A DNA stretch of 51,875 bases, taken from the IMG/VR virus record IMGVR_UViG_3300045996_000640, positions 1-51,875 of that record; one strand, 5' to 3'. The notes beneath the pieces were generated by a model. That model saw only the letters and a list, made by a program, of their open reading frames with translations. It had not been told where the DNA came from and did not search any database. Every line of letters begins with the position of its first letter. Positions within the stretch are counted from its first letter, which is position 1. The DNA is from a virus (lineage: Duplodnaviria; Caudoviricetes). Below, piece by piece: positions 18,101 to 27,696 of the stretch. Position numbers and translations under genes: made by a program.

Positions 18101-19671
18101 TAGGGCAATTCATCGGCGCGGCAATCGTCGACGCCGCGCAATGGCTCGCGCCGAAGGCGATCGAAATGGTAACGGGATTCCTCGATGCCCTGGTCGAAAA
18201 TTTCCCGACGGTGCTTGCCTGGATTGGCTCGATTGATCAATTCGTTTCGACGGCGGCCGGGAACCTGATCGACGCGCTGAAACCCAAGGGCGTAGAACTG
18301 ATTCAGGGGATTTTGGACGGGATCAATGAGAAATGGAAAGCGGTTCAGGCATGGCTCGGGTTGATCGGGACTACTGCCGGAAACGCGGTCGGCGAGCTCG
18401 GCGAAACGCTGAAAGCGAAGGGGTTGCAACTACTCGCCGGGTTGTGGGCCGGGGCGATCGAAAAGCTCGATCAAATCCTCGCATGGGCGGCAACGATCCC
18501 GGATAGCATCGCGGCCGCGATTGCGAATATAGGGCAGGCGCTCTACGATGCTGGGCTCGCGGCATTCGAGAATCTATGGGAAGGCTTGAAATCGAAATGG
18601 GAGGAAATCAAGTCATGGGCGAGCGGCCTATCGATCCCGTGGCCTGACATCGATCCAAGATCAAGTGAGGCAAATCCGCGCGGCGGCGATCCCGCTGCTA
18701 CTGAGCGCAATACCCGCGCGACGGTTGTGCCCGCGCTCGATCTAAGTCTCTACCTGGCGTCGCTTTCGGCAATGGAAATAGCGACAACGACGGCGTTTAC
18801 GAATGCCGGTATCGCGGTTGGCGTCGCGGTTTCGTCGATCGTTGCGAACCTCGGGTTAATCGCCGCGCCTGCCGCTGCGGTTGGCGTCGCGCTAAGCACG
18901 CTTGCAACCTCGGCGAATACGTCAATGGTGAACATCGGGATTGCGGTCGGAACGGCGGTTTCTTCCGTTACCGGCAACCTATCCCGCCTGGGCACAGCAT
19001 TCAACACGGCGCAAACGACAATCACGACCGCAATAAATACGGCGCGTAGCAACGTTACGAGCGCCGCTAATACGATGACGCAAACGCTAAATTCATTCGC
19101 GACGGCGGCCGGGCGAGCCGGAACGAACGCCGGAAACGATTTCGAGCGCGGGCTCACGTCGGGCGTACGCGGTGCGGTGCGCGAGGCGCAAACCGGTCGA
19201 GGCCAAATGATCGCCGCGCTCACATTGCCGAGCATGTATGCGAGCGGCGCGAGCGTCGGCAATAGCCTGGGCGAAGGATTGGCGGCCGGTATTCGAAATC
19301 AAATCGACGCCGTTGCGGCTGAGGCGGCGAACCTGGTAACGGCGGCGCTCAATGCGGCACGCAATGCGGCGGCGAGTAATTCACCGTCGCGTAAAACGAT
19401 GGCGCAAGGCCGGGACCTGGCGCGCGGCATGGAAATCGGAATCGAGCGCGGCACGCCTGCCGTTGTACAGGCGTTCGGACAAATTATCCCGTTCGCCGAT
19501 TCCGGGGCGGCGCGGCAATTCGGCAACATGCCGAGCTCAGGATCCGCGCCGGTATCACATGTTACGGTGATCGCGTTGAAATCCGAGGAATGGCTCGAAA
19601 TGGTCAAGGCCGCCGAAACCGGCCGCGATTTCGCGAATGAATTTCCGTACACGTTGGGAGGTCGCCGTTAA
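15193..19671 (+). CDS. Tape measure protein (TP901-like N-terminal core)
   Basis: 1492 aa, A/G-rich, FEQSMSNV...ATT..SA.EA..AM..LAKSG core, internal repeats, SPSR near the C-terminus. Confidence 0.95.
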   Translation: MSVSGLGSASGELLIDIAQAMANLTTLENRVKGLAGTGGDTFKGAEAGGTRLDALGTKLDGVNRKYGELGKAGLGVGVATAAAFGLAINSAANFEQSMSNVGAALGGVGGDAGLTQEQFKALNDEALLIGATTSVSAGEATQAMELLAKSGLDATQILEGGAAAVVSISEATGESIQQSSESFGALTNLFADTGISASQMADAIVVGMNNSNSTLSEFQTGIARLAPVIAQTGMSFYDSAASIAYFNSRGFSAAEVGTSLTRAFTDLADPIDGTGDAMRAMGIDAFDAQGNFVGFPAIMDQVAAATAGMSDEQRTAALSTIFSADAIDLMADASKTGGDDLVELTEKTKEEGVAAEQAAARMDNFKGSIEKFKGAIASLAIVIGTPLLGPLRAVTDFLAKLVEGFLTLPKPIQTAIAALIGITGALAGVAGAIVVFGPQVVKIAAQMQKMVGAITRIIPALLGLSLPILLIIAALALLAIAYKTNFLGFADAVNSVASSVKSGFEGIIAFLGKVKAAFDAFSSVGQNPVAALLNAIGLELEAIAGKFGPFEGAVRAVAEALRLFGTMAQDVGLRFAQLSGSMNPVAAALQAIGDVLSKYAASFGPLAGVVGFIGEAFQLAGIMVNDFVLRFRQLSGNLNPVAAALQALGDVLKKYSKSFGPLARVVGSLGKAFKLLGQAAGDVGDILQAAFKGDWNEVLEETESLLRRLTGGYLALIAAFLSFPLSLLSGAFGLLSDAFASLADRISGPFSDALQGISDAFGNLGEAAGNFGDAIIDIFSGDFGDALDNIQEGLTNVGEAFLDLGGAAVNALQGAWEALSGVDWGGALDTIGTALSGIGSTIADAVGNAAEWLAPKAVDAVTGLVDALVENFPRVLSWVGSIGQFIGVAVANAAEWLAPRAVEAITGLVDAFVENFPRVLSWVSSIGQFIGTAVANAAEWLAPRAVEAVTGFLDALVENFPRVLAWIGSIGQFIGAAIVDAAQWLAPKAIEMVTGFLDALVENFPTVLAWIGSIDQFVSTAAGNLIDALKPKGVELIQGILDGINEKWKAVQAWLGLIGTTAGNAVGELGETLKAKGLQLLAGLWAGAIEKLDQILAWAATIPDSIAAAIANIGQALYDAGLAAFENLWEGLKSKWEEIKSWASGLSIPWPDIDPRSSEANPRGGDPAATERNTRATVVPALDLSLYLASLSAMEIATTTAFTNAGIAVGVAVSSIVANLGLIAAPAAAVGVALSTLATSANTSMVNIGIAVGTAVSSVTGNLSRLGTAFNTAQTTITTAINTARSNVTSAANTMTQTLNSFATAAGRAGTNAGNDFERGLTSGVRGAVREAQTGRGQMIAALTLPSMYASGASVGNSLGEGLAAGIRNQIDAVAAEAANLVTAALNAARNAAASNSPSRKTMAQGRDLARGMEIGIERGTPAVVQAFGQIIPFADSGAARQFGNMPSSGSAPVSHVTVIALKSEEWLEMVKAAETGRDFANEFPYTLGGRR
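16741..17200. repeat. Three 168-bp (56-aa) repeats in TMP
   Basis: NPVAA codons at 16771, 16939 and 17107. Confidence 0.8.
17734..18260. repeat. Four 132-bp (44-aa) repeats in TMP
   Basis: NAAEWLAP...VENFPRVL.W at 17734, 17866, 17998 and 18130. Confidence 0.9.
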
Positions 19672-22235
19672 TGGCTGCGCCGACAACCGTTATCGTAGGC
19701 CGTCGATCGACAACGCCCGACGATCATTTCGGGGATATGAGCGCGAGCGAGATTCGCGCCTATGTTGCCAACAACGCGCCCGCAGACGCCTGGATCCGAC
19801 GCGCCCGCTATCGCGGCGGCCGCACAGGATCGGGAACGCCGCGCGTGCGGGTGGCGGTGTATGACACAACGGGCGTCGGGCCCGCGCCCGACGATCTGAT
19901 GTACACGTTTCCGAGTACGTACCCGTCGGATCGCATGGATGACGCGAACGGCGGCGAACTGGTAACGGTTAACGTCGATTCCGCAACGAAAGCGTTCCTG
20001 GTGGCGGCGGGCGCAAACTACGCGCTCGCGCTGCAAGTCAACGACGCGGCATTCCGGCATAACATGATCGAGGCCGCCGATATCGGCGGTGAGAACGAAC
20101 AGTTTTACTACAAGTCGGCGAGCAATCCGCCGAACCCGTACGGATCGAGCACGGTTAGCACCGAGGGGTGGATAACCCTGTGGTTAGAGGGCGATCAAAA
20201 CCTCGCGCCGCTTACGCCGATCAACATTAGCCCGAGCGGGCAAACGCTCAGCACAACGCCGACGATCGAGGCGGATTTCCGGGATCCGAACGGAACCTAC
20301 GGCGCAACCGCGTACGGCACGGCCGGGAATTTCGACGCGGGCGATTACGTCGCGAGCGCGCGGATCAAGGTTCGGCGCAAATCCGATGCCGTTTCATTTT
20401 GGGATCACACATACACGACGACGACGGGCGAGCGCACGGCGAACCGTACGAGCAAGGTATACGCGGGCACAACGTTAGTGCGCGGCACGGTCTATCAAGT
20501 GCAAGTGCAGCATTTCGACCGTAACGGCGATTCCTCGCCGTTTAGCGCATGGGTCGATTTCACGCCGGGATCGTTGGGCGTGGTCACGACGACTGGAATC
20601 CCAACCGGCAAGGTCGACGATCTAACGCCCGATGTAGCCTGGTCGTGGTTTCACGGTACCGGGCTGAATGCCGATCGGGTGCGAGTGAAATTCTACCGAG
20701 GCAACGTATCGACGCCGATCGCGACAAGTTCGGATATGACGGTATCGGTTGCCAGCGGCGCGGGCGCTACGGCGCTGTGGTCGAGCATGGGCATTGCGAC
20801 GGCGCTGCAACCTGGCGTATTGCATTACTACACGGTCGAGGCACGGGCTACCGATCTTGTTTGGTCGCAGCCGTCGGCGAAACGATCGTTCACGCCCGAC
20901 GCCGCGCCGGGCGTGCCGACGAATCTCAACCCGGCAACGGGTGACATTCGCAGCACGTCGACCTATCCGGTGCTCAGCGCGAAAGTAACCGACGATGACG
21001 ATACCGATGCAACCGGGCTTACGGCAACGGTCGAAATCCTCAACAGCGGCGGCACGCTCATTCAGACGCGCACGGCGACGCTGCGCGCGGGCACGACCGA
21101 TATCTACGACTATCAGACGGTCGCGGCCGATCTTGCCTCGGCAGGAACCTACCGGCATCGGTGGTACTCATTCGATGGGTTCCTGTATTCGGGCGGCGTA
21201 ACGAGCTCGGCGAGCGCAACCCGATCGGCTGAGGCGGTGTTTTCCTGGGCGGCGGTTCCGTCGCCGGTCATAACCGCGCCGCTCACGGGCGCGACGCTCA
21301 CGACGGTTCAGCCGGTGATGACGTGGACGGTTACGAATCAAGACAAATTCCGGGCGCGCATCCTCGAGGATGGCGTAGAAGTTTTCAGTAGCGGCGAGAT
21401 TGCCAACACGACCGTTCGTGAATACACGTTCCCGGTCGGGTACACGAAAAACGAACATACCTATTCGTTCGAAATCGGCGTGCAATTCTCTACGTTGTGG
21501 GGCTATGACACCGAGACAAGCATACTGGTTTCGTACGTGCCGCCCGCGAGCGCCGGGAATCTGCAAGTGCTGCCGAGCGTGGTCAACCTCGAGCCGATCG
21601 CAACGGCGGCCGTTGGAACATGGGATGCGTATATCGGCGATTACTTCGATTCGTACACGGTCTATCGCGACGACCTGGGCGATCGGCCGTTCCTGGAAAT
21701 CCGCAACCCGGCAACAACGACATTCACCGATTATCACGGGCCGAACAACGCGGTTTATACCGTCGTGGTAAACGAATTGCGCGGGCTCGACGAATTGGTA
21801 GCGAGCGAGCCCGTCGCGGTAAATGTCACGCTCGGCATACGCGGCGTCGTTTTGGTAAGCCTGGATAACCCGCAAGTCGATCGGTACGTAAATCCGGCAT
21901 GGGAATCGATCGATTGGATCGCCCAGGGCGACGAATCAACCTATTTCACATGGGGCGCGGAAAAACCGATCAGCAAACGCGGCATTGCGGATTGGATGGA
22001 AGGGTCGCAAGAATTCAAGCTCAATAGCGAGATTGTCGATCCGCAAGTAGCGCGCGCCGCATTGCAAGCGTTGGCGCGTTCGAACGGGTTTAGTTACCGC
22101 GATAAATACGATCGGCGGTTCGCGCAGATCCCGGCCGGATCGCTGCAATTCGCGCGCGTGCGCGGGCCTGCCGGTGATTGGACGGGCGCATTCAATTTGC
22201 GCGAGGTCGCGGTTACTGAGGGCGTGATCGAGTGA
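19671..22235 (+). CDS. Minor tail protein with FN3/Ig-like repeats (distal tail region)
   Basis: Follows TMP; T/S-rich beta modules (GTVYQVQVQHFD..G..SPFSAW). Confidence 0.8.
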   Translation: MAAPTTVIVGRRSTTPDDHFGDMSASEIRAYVANNAPADAWIRRARYRGGRTGSGTPRVRVAVYDTTGVGPAPDDLMYTFPSTYPSDRMDDANGGELVTVNVDSATKAFLVAAGANYALALQVNDAAFRHNMIEAADIGGENEQFYYKSASNPPNPYGSSTVSTEGWITLWLEGDQNLAPLTPINISPSGQTLSTTPTIEADFRDPNGTYGATAYGTAGNFDAGDYVASARIKVRRKSDAVSFWDHTYTTTTGERTANRTSKVYAGTTLVRGTVYQVQVQHFDRNGDSSPFSAWVDFTPGSLGVVTTTGIPTGKVDDLTPDVAWSWFHGTGLNADRVRVKFYRGNVSTPIATSSDMTVSVASGAGATALWSSMGIATALQPGVLHYYTVEARATDLVWSQPSAKRSFTPDAAPGVPTNLNPATGDIRSTSTYPVLSAKVTDDDDTDATGLTATVEILNSGGTLIQTRTATLRAGTTDIYDYQTVAADLASAGTYRHRWYSFDGFLYSGGVTSSASATRSAEAVFSWAAVPSPVITAPLTGATLTTVQPVMTWTVTNQDKFRARILEDGVEVFSSGEIANTTVREYTFPVGYTKNEHTYSFEIGVQFSTLWGYDTETSILVSYVPPASAGNLQVLPSVVNLEPIATAAVGTWDAYIGDYFDSYTVYRDDLGDRPFLEIRNPATTTFTDYHGPNNAVYTVVVNELRGLDELVASEPVAVNVTLGIRGVVLVSLDNPQVDRYVNPAWESIDWIAQGDESTYFTWGAEKPISKRGIADWMEGSQEFKLNSEIVDPQVARAALQALARSNGFSYRDKYDRRFAQIPAGSLQFARVRGPAGDWTGAFNLREVAVTEGVIE

Positions 22236-23920
22236 GTCAGATCAACCGCGCATGGAACCCGAGTTTCGGAACGAATACGAACGGCTGGACGGTCACATTC
22301 GGCACGGGCCCGACGCGCACGGCGGGTACCTGGGGGTCGGGCGGATTTTACGGCCGCGTTCAGGTATCGACGGGCGGTACCGCGCCGATTACGACATTTG
22401 GCGCGCCGCCTGCCGCGCCGGTCGAGGCAGCGCCGGGCGATCGCGCGTTCGTATCCTGCAAGGTTCGCGCCGATAACGTCGGCGCTGAGGGCAATCGCGT
22501 TTGGTTGCGCCTGGAATGGTACGACGCGAGCGACGTATCGCTCGGATTCGAAACCTCGCCGATCGCGTTCCTGGGCGCAAACGCGCAAACCCTGTATCTA
22601 CTGCTTAGCGGCCTTGCGCCCGCGAATACGGTTCGGCTCGAGGTTTCGGTGCGGATGACGCCGACCGAGCAAGTGATCGGCGATCAGATCGGAATCGACG
22701 CGCTCGATATCCGATTGAATGAGCAACCCGACGCCTATTTCGACGGGGATAGCATTAATGCCGGTTGGCTCGGCGTGCCGTACGCCTCGGCGAGCGCGCG
22801 CTATCAACCGGCCGTTTTCAGCAATCCGAAGAATTGGAAATCTGGCGCGGTTCGCGTCCAAGGCAAGATGTACCGATGCGACGAAAACGGCGTGCGGCAA
22901 GACGATCTGAGCGCGTATATCAAATCCGGCCGCGTGCAATGGAATGAGGATAAGGGCGCGGGGCAAAAGCTCGCGGGTGATTTCCGATTCAATCGGCGCG
23001 GGCTATTGCGTACCTACGTCGATTTCCTTGCGCCCGTGCTACGCCTGGAATGGCGCGACGGCACGATCGAGGAAAAGCAATTCGGATTACACCTATGCGA
23101 TTTCCCCGACGACAACGTTTATCAGCGGCACGCCGAGCAAGGCGTTAAGGGGCTCGATCCGACGTGGTTTCCGTGGAATTCAGCGGTACGGGATACGATC
23201 AATTACCTATCGTCGGCGAACGTAGCGACCAATATGGAAACGTTGCTCGAGGAAGCATGGCCGCGCGTGATCGTGCCGGTTAGCTCGCGCACGTTCGGCG
23301 CAGCGAAATCGGTCTATCCCGGCCGCCGCCGCTATACCGAGGCGGCCGAACAATTCGAGGCGATGGGTTGGTACCATCCGTTTCCCGATCTGGCAGGCAA
23401 TATCCGCACGATGCCATATGTCGATATGTCGAAAGTAACGCCCGCCATTCAGATAGATTACGAAGATTTCGTAGGAGAATGGCAAGTGCGCGCGACGACA
23501 ACGACGCTCGCGAATGTGGTATCGGTCTATCGTGAGAACACGGCAGGCGCGGGTGTTCCGATCGGATCGGTTGCCGTGAATTCCGATCCCGCCTCGCGAA
23601 TCTCGACGGTGTACCGGCCGGAAATCCTACGCGAGCTCACGAACAGTAGTATTCAGACGCAAGCCGACGCCGACGCGCTGACATTGCAAATGCTGCAAGA
23701 ATCGGCGAGCTACTACCGGGTCATTTCCGGCAAGCTATCGCCGGGCGTATGGATGGAACCGTACGCGGCCGCCGATGCGTACCTCGAACATGCGGATTGG
23801 GGCAACCTGAGCGGGCGCTATAGCGTTCGCGTTTGGGAAGTGAATTTCACACAATCCGACGCCGAGGTACACGTCGAAATGAATCGCCGGGTCGAATTCG
23901 GATCGAGTGAGGATGTATGA
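22232..23920 (+). CDS. Minor tail/baseplate hub protein with N-terminal carbohydrate-binding-like domain
   Basis: N...NPSF.....GW start, YFDGD..NAGW.G..AS.S motif, hub-like C-terminal half. Confidence 0.75.
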   Translation: MSQINRAWNPSFGTNTNGWTVTFGTGPTRTAGTWGSGGFYGRVQVSTGGTAPITTFGAPPAAPVEAAPGDRAFVSCKVRADNVGAEGNRVWLRLEWYDASDVSLGFETSPIAFLGANAQTLYLLLSGLAPANTVRLEVSVRMTPTEQVIGDQIGIDALDIRLNEQPDAYFDGDSINAGWLGVPYASASARYQPAVFSNPKNWKSGAVRVQGKMYRCDENGVRQDDLSAYIKSGRVQWNEDKGAGQKLAGDFRFNRRGLLRTYVDFLAPVLRLEWRDGTIEEKQFGLHLCDFPDDNVYQRHAEQGVKGLDPTWFPWNSAVRDTINYLSSANVATNMETLLEEAWPRVIVPVSSRTFGAAKSVYPGRRRYTEAAEQFEAMGWYHPFPDLAGNIRTMPYVDMSKVTPAIQIDYEDFVGEWQVRATTTTLANVVSVYRENTAGAGVPIGSVAVNSDPASRISTVYRPEILRELTNSSIQTQADADALTLQMLQESASYYRVISGKLSPGVWMEPYAAADAYLEHADWGNLSGRYSVRVWEVNFTQSDAEVHVEMNRRVEFGSSEDV

Positions 23921-24618
23921 GCGACGGGTACAGGCTCGCAAACGAGGCGGCGCTCGCGTTATTCGATGATCCGTTGCCGGAATCGAGCGCGCAGCTATTT
24001 ACGGCCGTCGTTACGGCGGTATCGTGGCCTACGGTCAAGATCCGCCCGACACGCGCGAGCACGGCGGGCGATCAACTGGTCGGTATTTGTCTCGGCGTGT
24101 TCCCGGTTGTAAATGCGCGCGTCGTGTGCGCCTGGATCGGCGGCGAACCCGTCGTGCTCGGCACGATCGCGCCCGTTGTCGCTGGCATGGAAACGCGCGA
24201 ATTCGATTTTCCGATCCAGCTATTCCCGGATCATTTCTTTGTCGAGGGGTTCGGCGCGAATACTGCCGATACGTCGAGCACAACGGATACCCTCAACTAC
24301 GTTACGAATTTCGATGACGGAACGACGCTGCCGGATAATGGAACCTGGCGCGTTTGGGTGTTCACATGGCAATTGCTAAGCCATAGCGCCGAGGCGGGCA
24401 ACGTTCGGTGGTCGACGAAAATTAATGCGAGCTCAGGCGGCGCGCGCAATGGGCCGCTAAACATTACGACAACGCGAACGGATGTAATGTCATGGCACAC
24501 GCTCGGCGGCCTGGCGGGCGGCGCGGCCGTTACGTATGAGGCGCAGTACCGGCCGAACACAACCGGGACGGCGACAGCGGGCGGCGGCGACGGCATCGCA
24601 ATCGCAATGAGGGAATAG
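23917..24618 (+). CDS. Minor tail protein
   Basis: OB-fold-like N-terminus plus beta-rich C-terminus; synteny. Confidence 0.7.
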   Translation: MSDGYRLANEAALALFDDPLPESSAQLFTAVVTAVSWPTVKIRPTRASTAGDQLVGICLGVFPVVNARVVCAWIGGEPVVLGTIAPVVAGMETREFDFPIQLFPDHFFVEGFGANTADTSSTTDTLNYVTNFDDGTTLPDNGTWRVWVFTWQLLSHSAEAGNVRWSTKINASSGGARNGPLNITTTRTDVMSWHTLGGLAGGAAVTYEAQYRPNTTGTATAGGGDGIAIAMRE

Positions 24619-24619
24619 C

Positions 24620-25006
24620 ATGGCCGAATACACATTCAACCGCCCGGCATCGGTCGAGGATGAGGACGCCGGGCGCGTGCATGATTGGCTCGCGGCGCAA
24701 GGCATCGACGTGCAAGGCGTGCAGGTTCGCAGCAATGGCGAGGTTATCGTACGGGCTGAGGGCACGACGCGCGACGCGCTCGCCGGGATGATGGCGGGAT
24801 ACGTGCGCACGGAAACCGACGCCGAACGCGATCGGCGCGAGGCGATCGACGATGCGGTCGCGGAAATCGAGGCGATCGCGAGAAAACCCAGGGCGGCACG
24901 AACGGCCGCCGAAAAAATCATGCTCGGCACGGCGCTCGCGTCGACCGAGCTCAGAAAGGCGGCGGGAAATGCCGGTTCTTTTATCCGACCGAATAGCGGG
25001 CGTTAA
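24620..25006 (+). CDS. Hypothetical tail-associated protein
   Basis: GAGGG RBS; packed after tail genes. Confidence 0.7.
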   Translation: MAEYTFNRPASVEDEDAGRVHDWLAAQGIDVQGVQVRSNGEVIVRAEGTTRDALAGMMAGYVRTETDAERDRREAIDDAVAEIEAIARKPRAARTAAEKIMLGTALASTELRKAAGNAGSFIRPNSGR

Positions 25007-26657
25007 GCCGCGCGGGTCGATCGCGGCCGCGATCGCGTACGCTCGCCGGATGGGCGCGGCGTTCGCGGCAGGCACGATGCCGGGCGGCGGCCGAAACCCT
25101 ACGTTCCTGGTGGATTACTTTACCGAGCTCTATCGCCTATGCGATCTGCTCGGGTTCGATTTCGCGATCCTCACCGGCCAATGGAAAAACGAAACGGCGG
25201 CCGGTGCTCCCTGGAATGACAATTGGGAAATACTCGGCAACCCGGCCGGGCTCGCGATCACGAACAGCGAAAACAAATCCCAGGTTTACGCAAACGGAAC
25301 CGACGCGGCGCGGGCGCATATGGTGCATATGTGGTTGTATACAAAAGGCGTGCTCAAACCGGGCGATTACCTGTACCAATACCGTCATTTGGACGGGCAC
25401 TATACCGAGGCGGCAACCGGCAGAAACCCGTACAGCGGGCAGAATGAGCCGTACGCCGGATCGGTCGAAACCCTCGGGGATCTGAATGCGCCCGGCCGAT
25501 GGGCGTTGCTATTCGATGACAACGGCAACAAACTGCCGATCTATGGCAACCGGGTTCGAAACGACGCAAATTCGATGTGGCCTAACTTACCCGATCAGGG
25601 CGCGGTAACAGTACCGCCGAAACCGGAGGAACCTATGCCAGAAACGCCGGTCGATACGAGCAAACTTATTACCGGGCGCGTTCCAATGCCGCCCGTGATC
25701 GATCGAATCGTAAGCAAGCCCGTTGTACGCAGCGGGTACGGATACGACGCGGTTTCGCCGCGCGATATCATCGCAACCTGTACGCACGAATGGCAGGGCT
25801 CAGGGCGCGAAACAATCGAATTCGTCGCAACGTTTTTCGGGCCGCGCGGCGAACGCTATTCGAATGCGCTGGTCGACCTTGCAACGATGCCTGATGGAAC
25901 GCTGGTATTGCTCAATGATCCGTTCGGAACGCGCGCGCCCTGGGCAAACGGCGGCGGCGTCGAGTCGGGCGGCCTCGAGGGCGACGGCGTCTTTTTCTAT
26001 AACAAATTCGGGCTCGGCGCGATCAATTCGCGCATTGCCAGCAATGAGATTGTGAAAAGCGATTCCGCGCAGTACACGGCCGAACAGATCCAATCTTGCG
26101 GCGCGTGGAATGCGTGGCTGCACGACCGCGACGGACATTTCTATACGGAATTCCCGTATGTCACGAAGTACGGCGGCGTCATGGATTACCTGCATTTCGA
26201 ATTCGGCACGACCAATTGCGGCGTTGGCGAGCAGGACGATATAACCAAAGTGCAAGCGGTCGCAAAGGGCATCATGCAGAAATACCAGACGGCCGCCGAT
26301 GGGCCGCCGAAGCCGGTACCGCCCGACGTGCCGCCGCTGCCTGAGCCTGAGCTCCCAGGAGGGATACCTCTCGCGGTCGCGAAATCCCGGTTCGGTGAGG
26401 TTCGCAAGATCGACGCGAAAACCGGAAAGGTTCTCAGCGTTGGCGGGTTCGATCCGCGCGGCGTTATCAGCCTCGGATGGGCGCGCCGGGCGGCCGATGT
26501 GTTCGGGCAGGACTACGATAAATGGCCTGCCGCTGGCGATTGGATCACGGCAACCGAAGCGGTCGACCGCGATCGCATCGACCTGATAACGTTCGATCGT
26601 AGCCCGTGGACCATGTTTCGCGCGAATGAGCGCGCCGGGTTCGATTGGGTCAAGTAG
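24969..26657 (+). CDS. Endolysin: glucosaminidase(GH73)-like + amidase-2-like + C-terminal domain
   Basis: QWKNET...NPAGL...AHMVH; Pro linker; THEWQG...SNE...HFEFGTTNC; followed by membrane proteins. Confidence 0.8.
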   Translation: MPVLLSDRIAGVKPRGSIAAAIAYARRMGAAFAAGTMPGGGRNPTFLVDYFTELYRLCDLLGFDFAILTGQWKNETAAGAPWNDNWEILGNPAGLAITNSENKSQVYANGTDAARAHMVHMWLYTKGVLKPGDYLYQYRHLDGHYTEAATGRNPYSGQNEPYAGSVETLGDLNAPGRWALLFDDNGNKLPIYGNRVRNDANSMWPNLPDQGAVTVPPKPEEPMPETPVDTSKLITGRVPMPPVIDRIVSKPVVRSGYGYDAVSPRDIIATCTHEWQGSGRETIEFVATFFGPRGERYSNALVDLATMPDGTLVLLNDPFGTRAPWANGGGVESGGLEGDGVFFYNKFGLGAINSRIASNEIVKSDSAQYTAEQIQSCGAWNAWLHDRDGHFYTEFPYVTKYGGVMDYLHFEFGTTNCGVGEQDDITKVQAVAKGIMQKYQTAADGPPKPVPPDVPPLPEPELPGGIPLAVAKSRFGEVRKIDAKTGKVLSVGGFDPRGVISLGWARRAADVFGQDYDKWPAAGDWITATEAVDRDRIDLITFDRSPWTMFRANERAGFDWVK

Positions 26658-26669
26658 AAAGGGGCGAGC

Positions 26670-26756
26670 GTGGTCGTTTCCACAAATGGAATCCTCGGGA
26701 TCCTGATTATCGTTTTGGTGATCCTGGCGATTGTTTATTTCGCGCGTCGCGTTTGA
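26670..26756 (+). CDS. 28-aa single-TM peptide
   Basis: AGAAAGGGG RBS; MVVSTNGILGILIIVLVILAIVYFARRV (not in ORF track). Confidence 0.65.
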   Translation: MVVSTNGILGILIIVLVILAIVYFARRV

Positions 26757-26806
26757 CGCGCTAGAATCGCGCGTACGGGCCGGAAGGCAAGGAAAGGCAT
26801 AGAACA

Positions 26807-27061
26807 GTGAATACGAGCTCAACATTCACAACCGCGATCATACGCGGGCTCTACGTGGCGATCGTTACCGGGCTCATTGCCGGGTTGACGGTCTATCAGC
26901 AAACCGACGACGAAAAAGAGGCCGCGATCGTTGGCATCCTGGCGGCGCTCGGCGCGCTCGGCGTGCGCGGCGGCATCGAGGGGTTTTACGATGCCTCGCG
27001 GCAGGCGGCAGGCGACGTGAAATCTTCCGACGTGCAGCCGGTCGACGCGGGCGGCGTCTGA
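26807..27061 (+). CDS. Putative holin (2 TM)
   Basis: Two hydrophobic segments and charged tail; next to endolysin. Confidence 0.7.
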   Translation: MNTSSTFTTAIIRGLYVAIVTGLIAGLTVYQQTDDEKEAAIVGILAALGALGVRGGIEGFYDASRQAAGDVKSSDVQPVDAGGV

Positions 27062-27145
27062 AATACTAGGCGAAACCGTACGATCACCGCGTACGGTTGA
27101 GCGAATAGCACAACGTCGCGGCATCATTCCGGGTATTCTGCTGGA

Positions 27146-27457
27146 ATGGAGGCCGCGACGTTTTTATCGATCCTGGTGCTAGTGGCGGGCGGTTTCGGAA
27201 CCGCCCTGAAAATGATGCACAGTGATATGACGAAACGGGCCGAACGTGCCGAGGCCGGTTGGGAAAAAGAACGGGCCGAGCGCAATGCTGAGCGCGCGGC
27301 GATGCAGGCGGCGCTCGACGGGTACCGCGATCGAACGCCCGAAATGTTTGCATTGATTCAGGATTTCATAGCGCATACTGAATCGCAGCGCGCCGATCTA
27401 CTACCGCAACGCAAACCTACGGCGCGCATTCGCCCGAGGAATGAGGTTCGCGCATGA
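27146..27457 (+). CDS. Membrane-anchored coiled-coil protein (lysis cassette)
   Basis: N-terminal TM followed by heptad-rich helix. Confidence 0.7.
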   Translation: MEAATFLSILVLVAGGFGTALKMMHSDMTKRAERAEAGWEKERAERNAERAAMQAALDGYRDRTPEMFALIQDFIAHTESQRADLLPQRKPTARIRPRNEVRA

Positions 27458-27696
27458 TCGATGCTATACGGCGGCGATTATCAGGAACGGAACCCGCGCC
27501 CGTGGCGGTTGAATCGGCCGAGCCGATTATCGTCGAGCTCGAACAGGATACCGACATTCAAGCGCAAATGGATCGCGCTATGATCGAATTGCAGCGACGC
27601 ATTACAAGCGATCCTGTAACCGGGTTAGTCCGGGGAACGAATAAGCACGTTCGCCGGGGTGCTGCTCGGCGGAGGGAGGCGAATTTATCGTTATGA
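27454..27696 (+). CDS. Hypothetical protein
   Basis: ATGA overlaps at both ends; GAGG RBS. Confidence 0.7.
   Translation: MIDAIRRRLSGTEPAPVAVESAEPIIVELEQDTDIQAQMDRAMIELQRRITSDPVTGLVRGTNKHVRRGAARRREANLSL

Noticed and set aside
19671-24618. Diversity-generating retroelement or invertible tail-fibre system
   Set aside because: No reverse transcriptase, invertase or template/variable repeat pair recognised
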